From: Utricularia gibba | Taxonomy: Eukaryota > Plantae > Magnoliophyta | Assembly: GCA_002189035.1 (NCBI GenBank) | Contig: CM007992.1 | Coordinates: forward strand, 3,534,001 to 3,598,000 | Direction of reading: 5' to 3' | DNA: 64,000 bases | Part shown: one piece after another, positions 11,372 through 23,787 of the stretch | Layout of the letters: each line of letters opens with the position of its first letter | Position numbering within the stretch: the stretch's first letter is position 1 | Notes under the pieces: model-generated | The model's database searches: none | What the model was told of the DNA's origin: nothing | The model's input: only the letters and a program-made list of their open reading frames with translations | Position numbers and translations under genes: made by a program

Positions 11372-12552
11372 GTATCCAGTCTTTCTTCCTCTGAATGTTC
11401 CAAATGTTGAGCTGAATTTTCCTAGAGAGACAATGGGCCATTGTGGTTTTCAGAGTTTTCTTCGAGGCCTCATGGAATGTTTTTTTAACTTATGATCAAG
11501 AAATCTTTGAATATTATTGTTGCATTCCCTTTAAGAGCACGCTACTCTGATCATGTTGCTGTGGTAAACCTCGTACCGTTGCCGGAGTACCGTCCATATC
11601 TGAACATTGTTTGTTCCCTAACGAAGGTTAGAAACCAATCATTTTGGTCTGAACTTTGTTTGCCGGAGGATCCAAATTCACATTCTTCGTATTTTTAAAA
11701 ACTGGGTTTGTAAAAAAAAACGATTGATTTAATCAATTGTGAATTATGTTAAACAAGTTTTGAATTTTCTAAATACATTGATATGATACAAATAGTATTT
11801 TAAAAATATATCTGTAAGAAATGTCGAATTGTACTAACAAATGAGTTTAAATAAATGCGTAGTTTATAGTTTAACTAAATTACTATATTAACTAATAGAT
11901 TATTATAAGATTTAAAAAATTATAATTGAATAACGATTGAAAATATTTTAGATTACAAATTATTCATAACAAAAATTAGAATAACTTCAAATTTTTATAA
12001 AATAATAAATACATTACTCTGTAATTACAAAAGAAATTCGCTTTTTTTTAGTCATTTAAATCAATGCAATAGATTGGGGTGTCTACTCTTCAAGCAGTAA
12101 TCCGAGAGTTGGTTGATGAAAATGAGATTAAATGAGTTTAATTTATTCAGATTTAAATGAATTTGATATATTAGAATTTGATAAGTTATTGTAATTAGAA
12201 ATGGAATCAAGTGATTTTAATTAAAATAAAGAAAGGCTATAAACCTACTTATATGAGACTAAAAAAACCCAGATAATCCTGAATTTATTTAAATTTATCA
12301 ACTAAACATGTTATAATTTATGATCATACTTTAAAACTAATATAATGTTAAGTAGTAACATTATTGTTCCGAAAATAGACGCAAGGAGTTGCGGATCCAG
12401 CGCCAAGGCAAGGGGCTCTTTTCGTAGTTTCCTAGTCGTCGGCTGCTGAGATCTCGTTTCGGCCAACGGCTATTTAAGAAGCTGCTCCCCCTCCCTGCAA
12501 GCTTTATCCCTTCGACTCACGCGCACTCTTGCGTACACTGATCTCTTGTACG

Positions 12553-12934
12553 GTATGATGTTTTTCTCTACGCATTTCACTTTGTTGATTTGAGAGGGAA
12601 TTGTTGCTGTTTGCATTATCTGATTCTGCGTTCGATCCATGAATCTGCATCCGCGATGAATTATTTTTTCAGATCCATACGGATTTGAATTTTGTTAGAC
12701 GTGGTAGTATCCTTGTAGATCTGGACGAAATAATGCCGCGTCGATGACGAAATGAGCAGGATTATTTCTGTAATGGAAGCAGGAGATTTGATCTCATCAG
12801 TTTACCTCTGTTTGATAAAATTTTCCAATTGAGCTTCGTGCTGTTTCTCTAGTGCATTGATTAGAGATGTGATCATTTGCACCGGAGTTTCACATGATGC
12901 GAATCTGAGAAGTGAATCCGCTTAAAATTTTCAG
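12553..12934 (+). other. Probable 5' UTR intron of UGD
   Basis: Donor CG|GTATG at 12553 and acceptor TTTCAG ending at 12934, four nt before the ATG. TATA-like CTATTTAAG near 12470. Confidence 0.7.
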
Positions 12935-12938
12935 GAAG

Positions 12939-14381
12939 ATGGTAAAGATTTGCTGTATTGGAGCGGGTTACGTGGGAGGCCCGACGATGGCTGTGATAGC
13001 GCTCAAGTGCCCTTCCATTGAAGTGGTGGTTGTTGATATAAATACTTCTCGAATCAATGCTTGGAACAGCGATAGTCTTCCCATCTACGAGCCAGGCTTG
13101 GATGATGTGGTTAAAAATTGCAGGGGCAAGAACTTGTTCTTCAGCACAGATGTGGACAAACATGTCTGTGAGGCTGATATAATATTTGTCTCAGTTAACA
13201 CTCCAACCAAGACTCGAGGTCTAGGAGCTGGTAAGGCTGCAGATTTGACATATTGGGAAAGTGCAGCACGTATGATTGCCGATGTTTCAAAGTCTGATAA
13301 GATCGTCGTCGAGAAGTCTACGGTTCCTGTGAAGACAGCAGAGGCCATCGAAAAAATATTGGTGCACAACAGCAAAGGAATCAATTACCAGATCCTTTCT
13401 AACCCAGAGTTTCTTGCTGAAGGTACCGCCATTGAAGATCTCTTTAAACCAGACAGGGTTCTCATCGGAGGCAGGGAAACCCCTGCTGGATTCAAAGCTA
13501 TTCAGACACTCAAGGATGTGTATGCTCATTGGGTTCCAGAAGATCGCATCTTGACCACAAACTTGTGGTCCGCTGAGCTCTCAAAGCTCGCTGCTAACGC
13601 ATTTTTGGCCCAGAGAATCTCATCCGTGAATGCAATGTCTGCTCTCTGTGAGGCAACTGGTGCAGACGTTGCCGAAGTGTCATACGCAGTGGGGAAGGAC
13701 ACAAGAATCGGGCCCAAGTTTCTTAATTCCAGTGTCGGCTTCGGTGGCTCCTGCTTCCAAAAGGACATCCTCAACTTAGTCTACATCTGTGAGTGCAACG
13801 GTCTCCCTGAAGTTGCAGAATACTGGAAACAAGTAATCAAAATCAACGACTACCAGAAGAGCCGTTTCGTCAACCGAGTCGTGGCGTCCATGTTCAACAC
13901 AGTTTCTCACAAAAAGATAGCCATCTTGGGGTTCGCATTCAAGAAGGACACCGGCGACACCAGAGAGACTCCCGCCATAGACGTCTGCCAAGGTCTTCTC
14001 GGCGACGAAGCCCAGCTGAGCATCTACGACCCACAGGTGAAACTGGATCAGATCCAGAAAGACCTCTCGATGAAAAAATTCGACTGGGATCACCCTGAGC
14101 ACCTCCAACCCATGAGCCCAACCGCAGCCAAGAAGGTTCATGTTGTCTGGGACGCATATGAGGCGACCAAAGACTCCCACGCTGTTTGCATCCTAACGGA
14201 GTGGGACGAGTTCAGGGAGCTTGATTTCCAGAAGATTTACGACAACATGCAGAAGCCGGCCTTCGTCTTCGACGGGCGCAACATCGTCGATGTGAACAAA
14301 CTCAGGAGCATCGGCTTCATCGTCTACTCCATCGGCAAACCCCTCGATGGCTGGCTCAAAGACATGCCTGCTGTTGCATAA
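12939..14381 (+). CDS. UGD: UDP-glucose 6-dehydrogenase, intronless CDS
   Basis: [16 protein letters not shown] Rossmann motif, catalytic [25 protein letters not shown] and C-terminal WLKDMPAVA; 480 aa. Confidence 0.98.
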   Translation: MVKICCIGAGYVGGPTMAVIALKCPSIEVVVVDINTSRINAWNSDSLPIYEPGLDDVVKNCRGKNLFFSTDVDKHVCEADIIFVSVNTPTKTRGLGAGKAADLTYWESAARMIADVSKSDKIVVEKSTVPVKTAEAIEKILVHNSKGINYQILSNPEFLAEGTAIEDLFKPDRVLIGGRETPAGFKAIQTLKDVYAHWVPEDRILTTNLWSAELSKLAANAFLAQRISSVNAMSALCEATGADVAEVSYAVGKDTRIGPKFLNSSVGFGGSCFQKDILNLVYICECNGLPEVAEYWKQVIKINDYQKSRFVNRVVASMFNTVSHKKIAILGFAFKKDTGDTRETPAIDVCQGLLGDEAQLSIYDPQVKLDQIQKDLSMKKFDWDHPEHLQPMSPTAAKKVHVVWDAYEATKDSHAVCILTEWDEFRELDFQKIYDNMQKPAFVFDGRNIVDVNKLRSIGFIVYSIGKPLDGWLKDMPAVA

Positions 14382-14860
14382 ACCGTTCTCATCTTGCCAG
14401 GGAGCGTTTCGAAACTGGAGGTTGGATAAGATCCGATGAAATTGAAATTTATAATTTTTATAAAAAATCTAAAAAATGAAATATTAGATTAAAGTTTTTA
14501 CTTTTTATAAAAAAAATTAGAAATATTAATTTTTAGCATTTATTTTTATTTTTTTGTTATATATTTGTTTTATAATGATTCAATCTATAATAAATTAAAA
14601 ACTAAGTTAGTTCGATGATTAACTCTCTATGATATCAAAAATAGATTTGATTTAAAAGTCATTTTATAGTAAATTATTAGTATACTCAAATATAGTGTAA
14701 TTGGATATGTATAAATTTAATTGTATATAACGTTTTATATTCAAAGATAAAAATTTAAGTATGCAAATAATATAGATATAATTATTACTTAGCTATTCCA
14801 CTTATTTATAATATTCCTATTATTAAAAAATGAGTATATGAATTATATAATCATACAAAT

Positions 14861-14884
14861 TATATATATATATATATATATATA
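14861..14884. repeat. (TA)12 microsatellite
   Basis: Direct reading of the sequence, in an AT-rich spacer. Confidence 0.95.
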
Positions 14885-14968
14885 TTAGTTAATTAAATAA
14901 CAATTTATGTGTAAGTTTAGATATAAATCTTACATACGCTATTATCAAAAGATCTATTAAAATCATAG

Positions 14969-14990
14969 ATATATATATATATATATATAT
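14969..14990. repeat. (AT)11 microsatellite
   Basis: Direct reading of the sequence. Confidence 0.95.
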
Positions 14991-15904
14991 AATTATCAAA
15001 ATAAGATATTATCTTTATCGAAATTTATTTTTTATATTTTTGTAAAAAAATATTATTAAAATGATAGTGAATATTCTGAGTTACTATATTTACATAAAAT
15101 TATTTAGTTCATTAAAATCAAAATTTTAGTAAAATATTGGAAATAATTAAGAAATCATTAATAAATAATCATTATCATTAAATTTCTTTATTCATGTCCA
15201 TTATTTCATTGGATTCGTCCAGATTCTTTACCTTAATTTTGTCTCTCTATTGCAATCTTTTGCCCTTAAAATACCAAACAAAAATCTGGAAATTTTTATT
15301 ACCTCAACCGGAGTTCGACGCTGAACCGATCCGGTCAACCGATTACGGCTATCGAGTTATTCAGATTCGAATTATTTAATATTAAAAAGAAAGAAAAAAA
15401 GGACGGTTGGGATTGAAAACTACTGGTGCCAGCCCGGGCATCGTGTGGGTGGGATTTTCACGCTCCCGCAGATCTTTAAAAGGCTCGTTAATGGAGGTCT
15501 TAATCGCTCATTTATGCGCATTTCTTTCACGAACACCTTTGCCTGCTTTCTTGTCTTCCCTTATTTTCTCCTATTTTCCTTGTTTTTGTTTTCCTTGGGG
15601 TTCATCTGGGCTAGGGCAACCTCTGGGCAGCGATCTCTGATCAAGTAAGTATGATTTTTGGATGGTTTAACGATGTGGGGAGAAAGTTTTCTGGGTCGTC
15701 GAGATTTTCGATTGTAGTGTTAATGATCATCGAGGCTGTGGTTCTTGATTTTGATTTTAGATATTGGTGATGCATGTTCTTGATTTGCGGTTGAATAGAA
15801 TTTCAGATTGAAAAAACGAATATTTTTTGCTGCTTGTGTGAATCAGGGTGGTGGGAATTTTAACTGTCACTCTGTTGTCGAGTATGGTTATTGGTTGAGT
15901 TGAG

Positions 15905-16597
15905 ATGTCTGGAGGAGAAGGGCAATTGGAGATCAGGTTCAGGCTGTCTGATGGATCGGACATTGGACCCAAAAAGTTTCCTCTGACTACAAATGTTTTG
16001 ACCTTGAAGGAGAGTGTCGTAGCTCACTGGCCTAAAGGTTAGATATTGTTTTATGCTGTACTGCGTAAAGGTTAGCAAGGTTTTGCTATGGAGTTTTTGC
16101 AGTGCTTCTGCCAAACTAACGACTAATATATTCCAATCCATCCTTGTTGAAGCCCGTTTTTTTTTTTTTTTCTCGTTGCTAGTTTTCCGGCTCAAATTGG
16201 GTGATGAACATGTAGATGAACACACGCTTGCTAATAAAAATGATCTCTGTAATTTTGTATACATTGAACTTTCATGTTCTTATACAAGACTCTGTTGAAC
16301 AGAGAAAGGAAATGCCCCCCGAAGCCCGAAAGATGTCAAGCTCATCAGTGCAGGAAGAGTACTGGAGAACAGCAAAACCTTGTCTGAATGCAGGAGTCCT
16401 TTATATGATACCCCAGGAGGAGTCACAACTATGCACGTCGTTGTTCAGCCACCGTTTGTGGATAGAGGTCCGTTCTAAACTACTTTGTGCAGATTTTACC
16501 CTCAGGGCACTGACTTAACCAAGTTTTCATGTCTGTAGCAGACAAGAAACAGGGAGGTGATGCAAATCTGAGCAAATGTAGGTGTGTGATACAATGA
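15905..16597 (+). CDS. MUB: Membrane-anchored ubiquitin-fold protein, 3 exons
   Basis: MSGGEGQLEIRFRLSDGSDIGPKKF...HWPK|EKGNAPRSPKDVKLISAGRVLENSKTLSECRSP...TTMHVVVQPP|ADKKQGGDANLSKCRCVIQ*. These are typical MUB motifs with a terminal CaaX. Confidence 0.92.
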
Positions 16598-17082
16598 GAA
16601 CACATGGCGTGGACTGATATATAATATACTCTTCTACTGGTTTCAAGAAGCGTTCGTAGCATTTTTCTGAGTGATCAATTGGTGTTTCCTTATGCTCGTT
16701 CTAAGATTGTTGCCCCGTTTCCTTTAGCTATGGAGAAAACATTTCATTTTTGATGATGGGGTTTATATACTAGTTGGATACAGATAGCCTGTGGTTCATG
16801 TTTGCCTTAAACAGAAAAAAACAAATAACGTAGAACTCAATGTTTCATTCAAACGACAGAAAGAAGCCCATAGAGAGCACAAAAAACAACGGATCCCACT
16901 TCGGTTTGCTTTGTGGAAGATGCATACTGTAAATACATGAAGAAGTGATGGGATGGGAATGATAACCGGGACGGTTTTAATAGCATTTCGAGGTTTCTTT
17001 CATGATAAACAAAAGTTGTACGCAACCCACCGGAGACTTGCCTCAGGTGTGAGTTGTACACACATGGTTTACTTGAACTTCA

Positions 17083-20000
17083 ATGGAAATAGAAGCCAGC
17101 TTCCAAATAAGCTTCTCCACCTCGGTGACTGAGCTTCTTAACGGCCTCAAAGCTCGTTATCCAAGATTCATCTCCGTGTTGAAGAGCACCCGATCATTTT
17201 TCTCTCGTTTAATGGAAAAAACCTGCACCTCGGAATCTGACCCACCTCCATTTGATCCCACGACCCCTGCAATTCCAGTTTCGTATCCTATCAAAACGCT
17301 GGAAGAGTTGGAGTCCCTGGTCTACTTCGATTCCTTTCACTTCCCTTTTAATCGAGCTACGGTGAAGTTGCCATCTGGGCCACTGCCATTGCGGCGGCGG
17401 ATTCTGGTTTGTCATGACATGGCCGGGGGGTATTTGGATGATAGATTTGTTCAGGGTGGGGAAAATGCTGATGCTTTTGTTATATACCATTGGTACTTGA
17501 TCGATGTTTTTGTCTACTTTTCACATAGTCTGGTGACCCTTCCACCGCCGTGTTGGACAAATGCTGCTCACAGACATGGCGTTAAGGTATTCAGAGTAAT
17601 ACCCAGCCATTTTAATTCCATTACATTTTGGCATCGGAGCTTAAAGTTCCTCCTTTTAAAATTTAAAGGTACTTGGATCTTTTATGCTGGAACATGATGT
17701 GGGAAATGCAATCGCTTCTAAACTTCTGTCATCAAAGGATTCAATTCATACATGCGCTGCCCATTTGAACCAGCTTGCTGTTTCTCTGGGTTTCGATGGC
17801 TGGCTAGTGAGGCACTTGTGCTCATAAGTTTTTTTTTTTTTTTTCTGTGGATAAATGCTTTTTTGACTTACATCCATGATTCCTGAAACTATTCTTGTAT
17901 GGCAGTTAAATGTGGAAGTCGCCTTGGACCCTTCTCAAATCCCAAATCTTCAAGAGTTCGTCACCTGTTTAACTCAGAACATGCACTCTTCACTACCAGG
18001 GTCTTTAGTCATATGGTATATATATATCACTCAGCCTCCCTTCTTTTTTGGGTTTTTGTTCTAGTTTATCTAGCACCCTATGCTCATGATCTACAATACA
18101 GGTATGACAGTGTCACAGTAGACGGTGATCTTCATTGGCAGAATCAATTGAATAATAAGAATCAGGCGTTCTTTGATTTATGTGATGGAATATCTATGAA
18201 CTATTCATGGAAGGTACTTTGTTGGTTCTGTTTACAAGTCGTACTCTGTTTATCCACATGATCCTTTTTTTACTGAATGTGCCAGAAAGACTTTGCCAAG
18301 CAATCCGCTGATGCTGCTGGTGATAGAAAATTTGATGTTTATATGGGCATTGATGTCTTTGGAAGGGGAACTTATGGGGCGGACAATGGAATGTATGTCT
18401 CAAGACTCCTGATCTTATGCTTGTGATGAAAATTATACATGTTCAGATTTTTCTCTAGCTTTTAACGCAAAAAAGAAAGAGCATAAAAGCTAATCCTTCA
18501 GTAAAACGAGAGTTTGCCTGTTCAGGAAAGTCTGGTTACTTAATGTTTGTATTTTCCTCAATACAGACAAATGCTGCCCTTGATGTGATAAAAGAAGCGG
18601 ATGTTTCAGCTGCAATTTTCGCACCTGCTTGGGTCTATGAAACAAAGCAACCACCGGATTTTCAAACTGCTCAAAATCGGTATAGCACCTAGACTGATTC
18701 CATCCTGATTTCCCATGTACTACCAGAAAGTGTCTAACACGACTAAACAAGATAATTATATAGCTTCACTAGAGATTTTCTTTCCTCCAACTATGCCGCG
18801 TGTTTTTAATGTGTCCTCCTTGTGAGCTACAGATGGTGGAGCCTTGTAGAAAAATCATGGGGAATCATGCGTTACTACCCTCAGATGCTCCCTTTCTATT
18901 CAAACTTTGACCAGGTGCTGGTGATAATATATCTTTCACTGTGGTTCTTTACTTCCCTTTTTTATCAAAAGGATTGAATGCAGTTGTCTGGTGAAGAATG
19001 CTTTATTAATACTGACTAATAACAAATAATGATGATGGATTTTCTTATGGCTCCTAACTGATAGAACCAGTATTAATTTTAGTACAAATGGTCGATGATG
19101 GATGCTCTTATGTAAAGCCTTTTTCAAGCTATCATGTTGGTTTTTATTGCTATCAAGGGCTGGTGGCAGCAGTAAACCATTTCAATGATACGTCATTGTT
19201 TACAGGGCCGTGGCCACCATATATGCAGCGATGGTGAGCGAATCTCAGGTTGTCCTTGGAATAATATTTCTTCCCAAACATTTCAGGTTTATCCTCCCCC
19301 GGCTCCTAGATTTTTCCTCATATTACTTAATGCATTTGCTGTTTCACTTCAATGAAGCCCTTTCTTGAAGATTCAGAGGATTCTACAATCGCGCCTATTC
19401 GAGTTTCTGTTGAGTGAGTTGTTAATTTTGCTCCTATTCTTGAATGGTGACCTCGAGCCAACTTGTCATATGCCATGAAACTTTCAGTTTTACGGAAGAT
19501 TCTTACAATGGTGGAGGAAACATAACATTCGTGGGAATTCTTAACGATGGTGCTGCTTTTAGTACAAGGCTCTTTCTTGGAGATCTTCCAGTTGGGAGCA
19601 CGCCAATGAAGTTCACATACTCTGTAAGTCCTTCATTCGATTAAAATGTGAGTTGTAGATTGAATTCAGGATAGCTCAACGTATGCAGGTTAAAGCAAGT
19701 GTGAACAGCCACTTGGGCCTTGCGCTTGAGTTTTTTTCCTCACAAGAGAAGAAGTCTGTGCTTCTCGCTGCTCCTGGAAGTACATTGTTAACCATGAACC
19801 AGTTCGCTAGCCTACATACCTGTGAGATAATGCCTTGTCATGTGGCAGAACCTGACAAACAAGATGGATGGGTAATCCATGAAGCGAGTGTCAACATGAC
19901 CGGCTACACAATGAAAGAAATTCGAGCTTTATGTTCCACTTCAAGGCCAACAAAGCATTCCACTGAGGACCCTTCTGTGGAGCCACTACAATACCATGCA

Positions 20001-20417
20001 GTTCTAGGAGACCTCAGGATTGCGGATAGTGAAGATGCTGATTCAAATTTCCCTTCTGCTGATTCATGGCTGGTTGATGCCTCGTACATTAGCTGGACCT
20101 CAGACTCAAAAGGGTCCAGACTGCTGAGCCTCAAGATATTCTGGGAAAGCAAAGTTGGCAATGCTGATCTTTTCCCAAAGTACAACATTTATGTCGACAA
20201 AGGAGTCACTGCATCCTCAGACGATCAGAACAAACTTTTTGAAAGGGCCGATGAATATCTAGGTGCTGCTTTTGTGAACGCTTTCTATGTTTCGCAGTTA
20301 CTCATTCCTTCAGACAGCAGCACTGTCAAGTTCATTATTCAAGTTTGTCATCTTGACGGAGCTCAACAGAAGATCCAGGATTCTCCCTTCCTCCTGCTGC
20401 AGGCTGAGGATCCATAG
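17083..20417 (+). CDS. ENGase: Cytosolic endo-beta-N-acetylglucosaminidase (GH85); carries a -1 frameshift at about 18376-18379 as assembled
   Basis: PPPFDPTTP, RILVCHDMAGGY, FVYFSHSLVTLPPPCW, catalytic GFDGWL|LNVE, YDSVT, MNYSWK, DVYMGIDVFGRGTYG, SAAIFAPAWVYE and WWSLVEKSWG. Exon 18286-18392 is 107 nt between two phase-0 neighbours. Alternative start codon at 17212. Confidence 0.88.
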
Positions 20418-20710
20418 AATGCATTAGAGCACCAGCTGCTACATGATAGTGTATTGTAGTTCATCAAATAAACGCTGTGGCATCCTTGATGGAAGTTATT
20501 GCAATCCTCAGTTTCATCAATTTCCTTGTGACCTATGATTCTTGTGCATATTTTTTTCGAAATTTGCTGATTTGGGTTTGCAGATGATCGGTTTTTCAAG
20601 ACTTGGGGCATTTGGTTTTTTTTTTTTTTCTGAACCAAAGGTTGGTGTCTTTGTTGGCTCCGAAGAGTCTGTTCCCCTTTCTTTGCCTTATCCTTCTGTA
20701 ACTTTTGTAG

Positions 20711-21661
20711 AACCAAGGAAGCAAAATATGTCTGAGGTGAAATCAGGACTTGATGAGGCCGAGTCATTGGAAATCACGTTCATAGAACAAGAGTTTTTTT
20801 TTTTTTTTATCATGTTGTGAATTTTTCTTTCTCTGTAGACTGGCTAATGAACTCACATACCCGCAAGATGGATTTTGAGGCTCGTGCTTTGCAACCAAGC
20901 ATTAAGGCAGGTCTTCTACTCAAGCTAAGGGAGTAAAAATCTGATAACAATTTCAAAAGTGAACTAAATCAGGTCGAGACAAAGAACTTCAGTACTGCCG
21001 CCAATGATGAGTTCCTGGAGGCAGGAATGGCTGATATATTTGACTGAAAGTTCGTGCATTTCCATGTCGCTTTTTTGTATCTTTTTCTCGCTGATATGAT
21101 CTCTTCCAGCTTTATTGGCTTTCAGCATTGGTTTACTTACTTTGAAACACGTTTTAAGGTGAAGGAAATGCGCCCATGGCCTTTGGCAATAGCTTCCATT
21201 TGCTTCAGGTATCAGCAAATCAGAGCAGCGAAGTCATCCTCAAGACCCAGGAGCTTGGCGTCTCACTTCTTCATCACCTGCATCAACAGCGACAAAGCTC
21301 CTTTACATGCTGAAAACGTGGTAACGTTTCACATTTAAGCATTTCATTGCTACCACATCACAACCTTACCATGCTTTGAAGGCAATGCAGTTAACTCCAG
21401 CAAATTTAGAGTATACAACCGTCTTGTGTTTGAGAGTTTTTCTGGCTGTAAATATGGGATCAAGTGACTGACGCACCTGAGATTCATTCCATTCCCATGT
21501 TCCAGCTGCATGGTATGGATGACAGCGTAGGCCGGAGCCGTGGAATCATTCAAAAACATCATGACTTATGAATGGAAACAAGTGGCTCGTCTGTGCTATA
21601 ATAACCGCCCTGCTCATCGCCAACCCTTGACCCTGTACTTTTGAAACTTTTCAAGAAGTGA
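20711..21661 (+). pseudogene. VTI1: VTI1-family Qb-SNARE pseudogene (unprocessed, 5'-truncated)
   Basis: Fragments EPRKQNMSEVKSGLDEAESL, RKMDFEARALQPSIKAGLLLKLRE*KSD (TAA at 20934-20936), DEFLEAGMAD, ELGVSLLHHLHQQRQS, LHGMDDSVGRSR and MNGNKWLVCAIITALLIA. Donor GT>GA at 20770, acceptor CAG>CAT near 20858, an internal deletion and frameshifts. Exon 1 not found. Confidence 0.85.
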
Positions 21662-22729
21662 ACAGAAAGTGTTCCAGGTGGGTGTGCGCCGATGACTATC
21701 CCTTCTCGCACAGTCCGCTTGTTCTTCATTTTCTTCGACTGAACTACAGCTCTGCGTCTGTATCCAGGAGCCCATCCTTCCCTCCAAATAGTGCTCTCAG
21801 GGTCGCACTCATCATGCTGCTGCCTCACGACACGCCATCGAGGGAGCCGCTTTCAAGCCTGAAACGACGTAGTTGTGACTGAGGACCAGACTGGATCCAC
21901 TGCCCAAGAGGCATGTTATTATATGTCGCCACTAACTCACATGAATGAAGACACTTGTTGCTGATGTCTGCAAGATAAGGAGATAAGAGGCTTGTGGTTT
22001 GTCCCAAAACCACTTTCCGGCGTCATCTTTTTTGTCTTGTCACTAAAGACAAACACCTCACTATTTCTACATCAACCCCTCAAGTCCTGCTCAAGATAAC
22101 GGAGGCAGACAGGTACAATCAATGCGTTAAAACCCACGTCACCATCTCTTGCAAATGGATTGAAATAGAAAACTTGTCCCATAAAAATCAAATCTTGGGT
22201 CCAAATAGGTACTCCGCAAACATTTTTACATATGATTTCTGTACTAGAAGACAGTATTTGCGAAAATTCATGCCTCTGTAGTTTTTTTTTTCATTCAATT
22301 TTTGCGTATTCTTTTTGTACTGCCTGCTGCTCCTGTTATCTGTGTACAGAAAGTACATGGTTCGATGAATGTACGGTGGCTCTGAGCTGTGGCCACGATT
22401 TCACTATCAGTCCTTTCGGTCTGATGTGTGAGTGTTTCATTATACTTCCCTTTGGTGACCCGCTGCTAGTTGCTGGTTAGCGGCTATTAACCTGGCAGCT
22501 CACTGATATGACATGTCTGAAGTATCTGTGCTCCTGTAATTGACTGTAATAGACGTTTGTTTCCAGGAGTTTGATGATGAACACAATCTGCAGGTGCATT
22601 ATGGATGGAGTTGTTAGAACTGGGATCAGGAGGAAGCTGGTTGTGTGTGGGGGAGATCGAGTGGATTAACATACAATGCCTATTCACACTGATCATAGTT
22701 ACAAAAATATGCACAAGTACAAGCACCGA

Positions 22730-23787
22730 TCATTCCAGGAGGGAGTAGTTCCAGGGGGAATCAAACCCGCCGGAGTCGGTGGTTAGTAAATGAGTCTGGG
22801 GATGATCATTGATGGGTTGGAATCCGGGGCCGGATATGCTCGTTCCTCCGGCGAACACTGGAAAATATTCTTCGTTTTCGAGCAGCAGGCTTAGGAGACT
22901 CTGTTGCCGAGGCATGATGGGGTCGTAGTATGTGTTGGAGTTTGCCTCCGATTTGATGGATGATGGGGGTGATTGTCCGGGAATTTCCTCGGCGGAGTTG
23001 GAAAAGCAGGTGGCGCGTGACCCCTCCGCCATGTCGGTCACCGGCGGTAAATCAGTTGATGAGCGAGACGCGCCGCTGGAACCAGGGGCTTTCAATAGAT
23101 CTGAGATGTGAACTTTCTTCCCGCCGGAGCTTTTCTTGAAAACTCTGCTGATCACCCATTCATCCTGCAGGATTCAAACAACCGGGATGGAAACAGGGGA
23201 CGAATAAAAAGCTAATCTTTCGAAGATTAGTTACCGTTGTGGAGATATTGGGATGATTCTGCATGGGATATGATCTGAATTCATGCATCACCCAATTAGT
23301 TTTCTGTCCTCTGGGAGCTCTGCCTTGGTAAAACACCAGGGTTTTCTTCATTCCAATCAAGATTTCGGATTTAGACCTGAAAATCTCTTTATCTTTTCCG
23401 GTAGCTTTCCAGTACCCCGCATCTGTAGCTCTGTTCGTTCTTAAACCAGTTGGGTACTTTCGACCCTTTTTGCAGAAGAAATACCATTCCTTCTCTCCCA
23501 TCTTCCCCTTCCCTGTAAACACACCTTTCCCCTGGTTCAGTTCCAGCATCAAATTCAAAAGATTGTTAGTTGTAATTCATGAAGGCTTGCTTACAGGGCA
23601 GATCCCATGGCTCAACTCTGTTCAAATCCACTTCTCCCATGACCCGCGTGATCAAATCGCCATTCATCATCTTGGGAAACAAGTAGTGTGTGATGAGCTC
23701 CTCGTCCGTCGGGTGAAACCGGAAACCCGGCGGCAAAATGAGGTCCTCATCGTCGCCGGCGACCTCAGCGGTTGCCAATCCAGCCAT
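22730..23787 (-). CDS. NAC transcription factor, ORE1/CUC (miR164-target) clade, 3 exons
   Basis: [25 protein letters not shown]|[48 protein letters not shown]|[16 protein letters not shown] and C-terminal WNY. Exons 23787-23595, 23512-23235, 23164-22730. Confidence 0.9.
22999..23019 (-). promoter_or_regulatory. Degenerate miR164 complementary site in NAC exon 3
   Basis: The + strand reads TGGAAAAGCAGGTGGCGCGTG against miR164 UGGAGAAGCAGGGCACGUGCA. Positions 1-12 pair (one G:U); the 3' half has 5 mismatches and 1 G:U. It encodes RATCFS where the clade typically has HVxCFS. Confidence 0.6.

Noticed and set aside
12105-12310. Degenerate inverted ends resembling a Tourist MITE upstream of UGD
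   Set aside because: Only a short GTTGAT-type match and no TSD in very AT-rich sequence.
13085-14180. Antisense ORFs over UGD
   Set aside because: Reverse-complement shadows of a long biased CDS.
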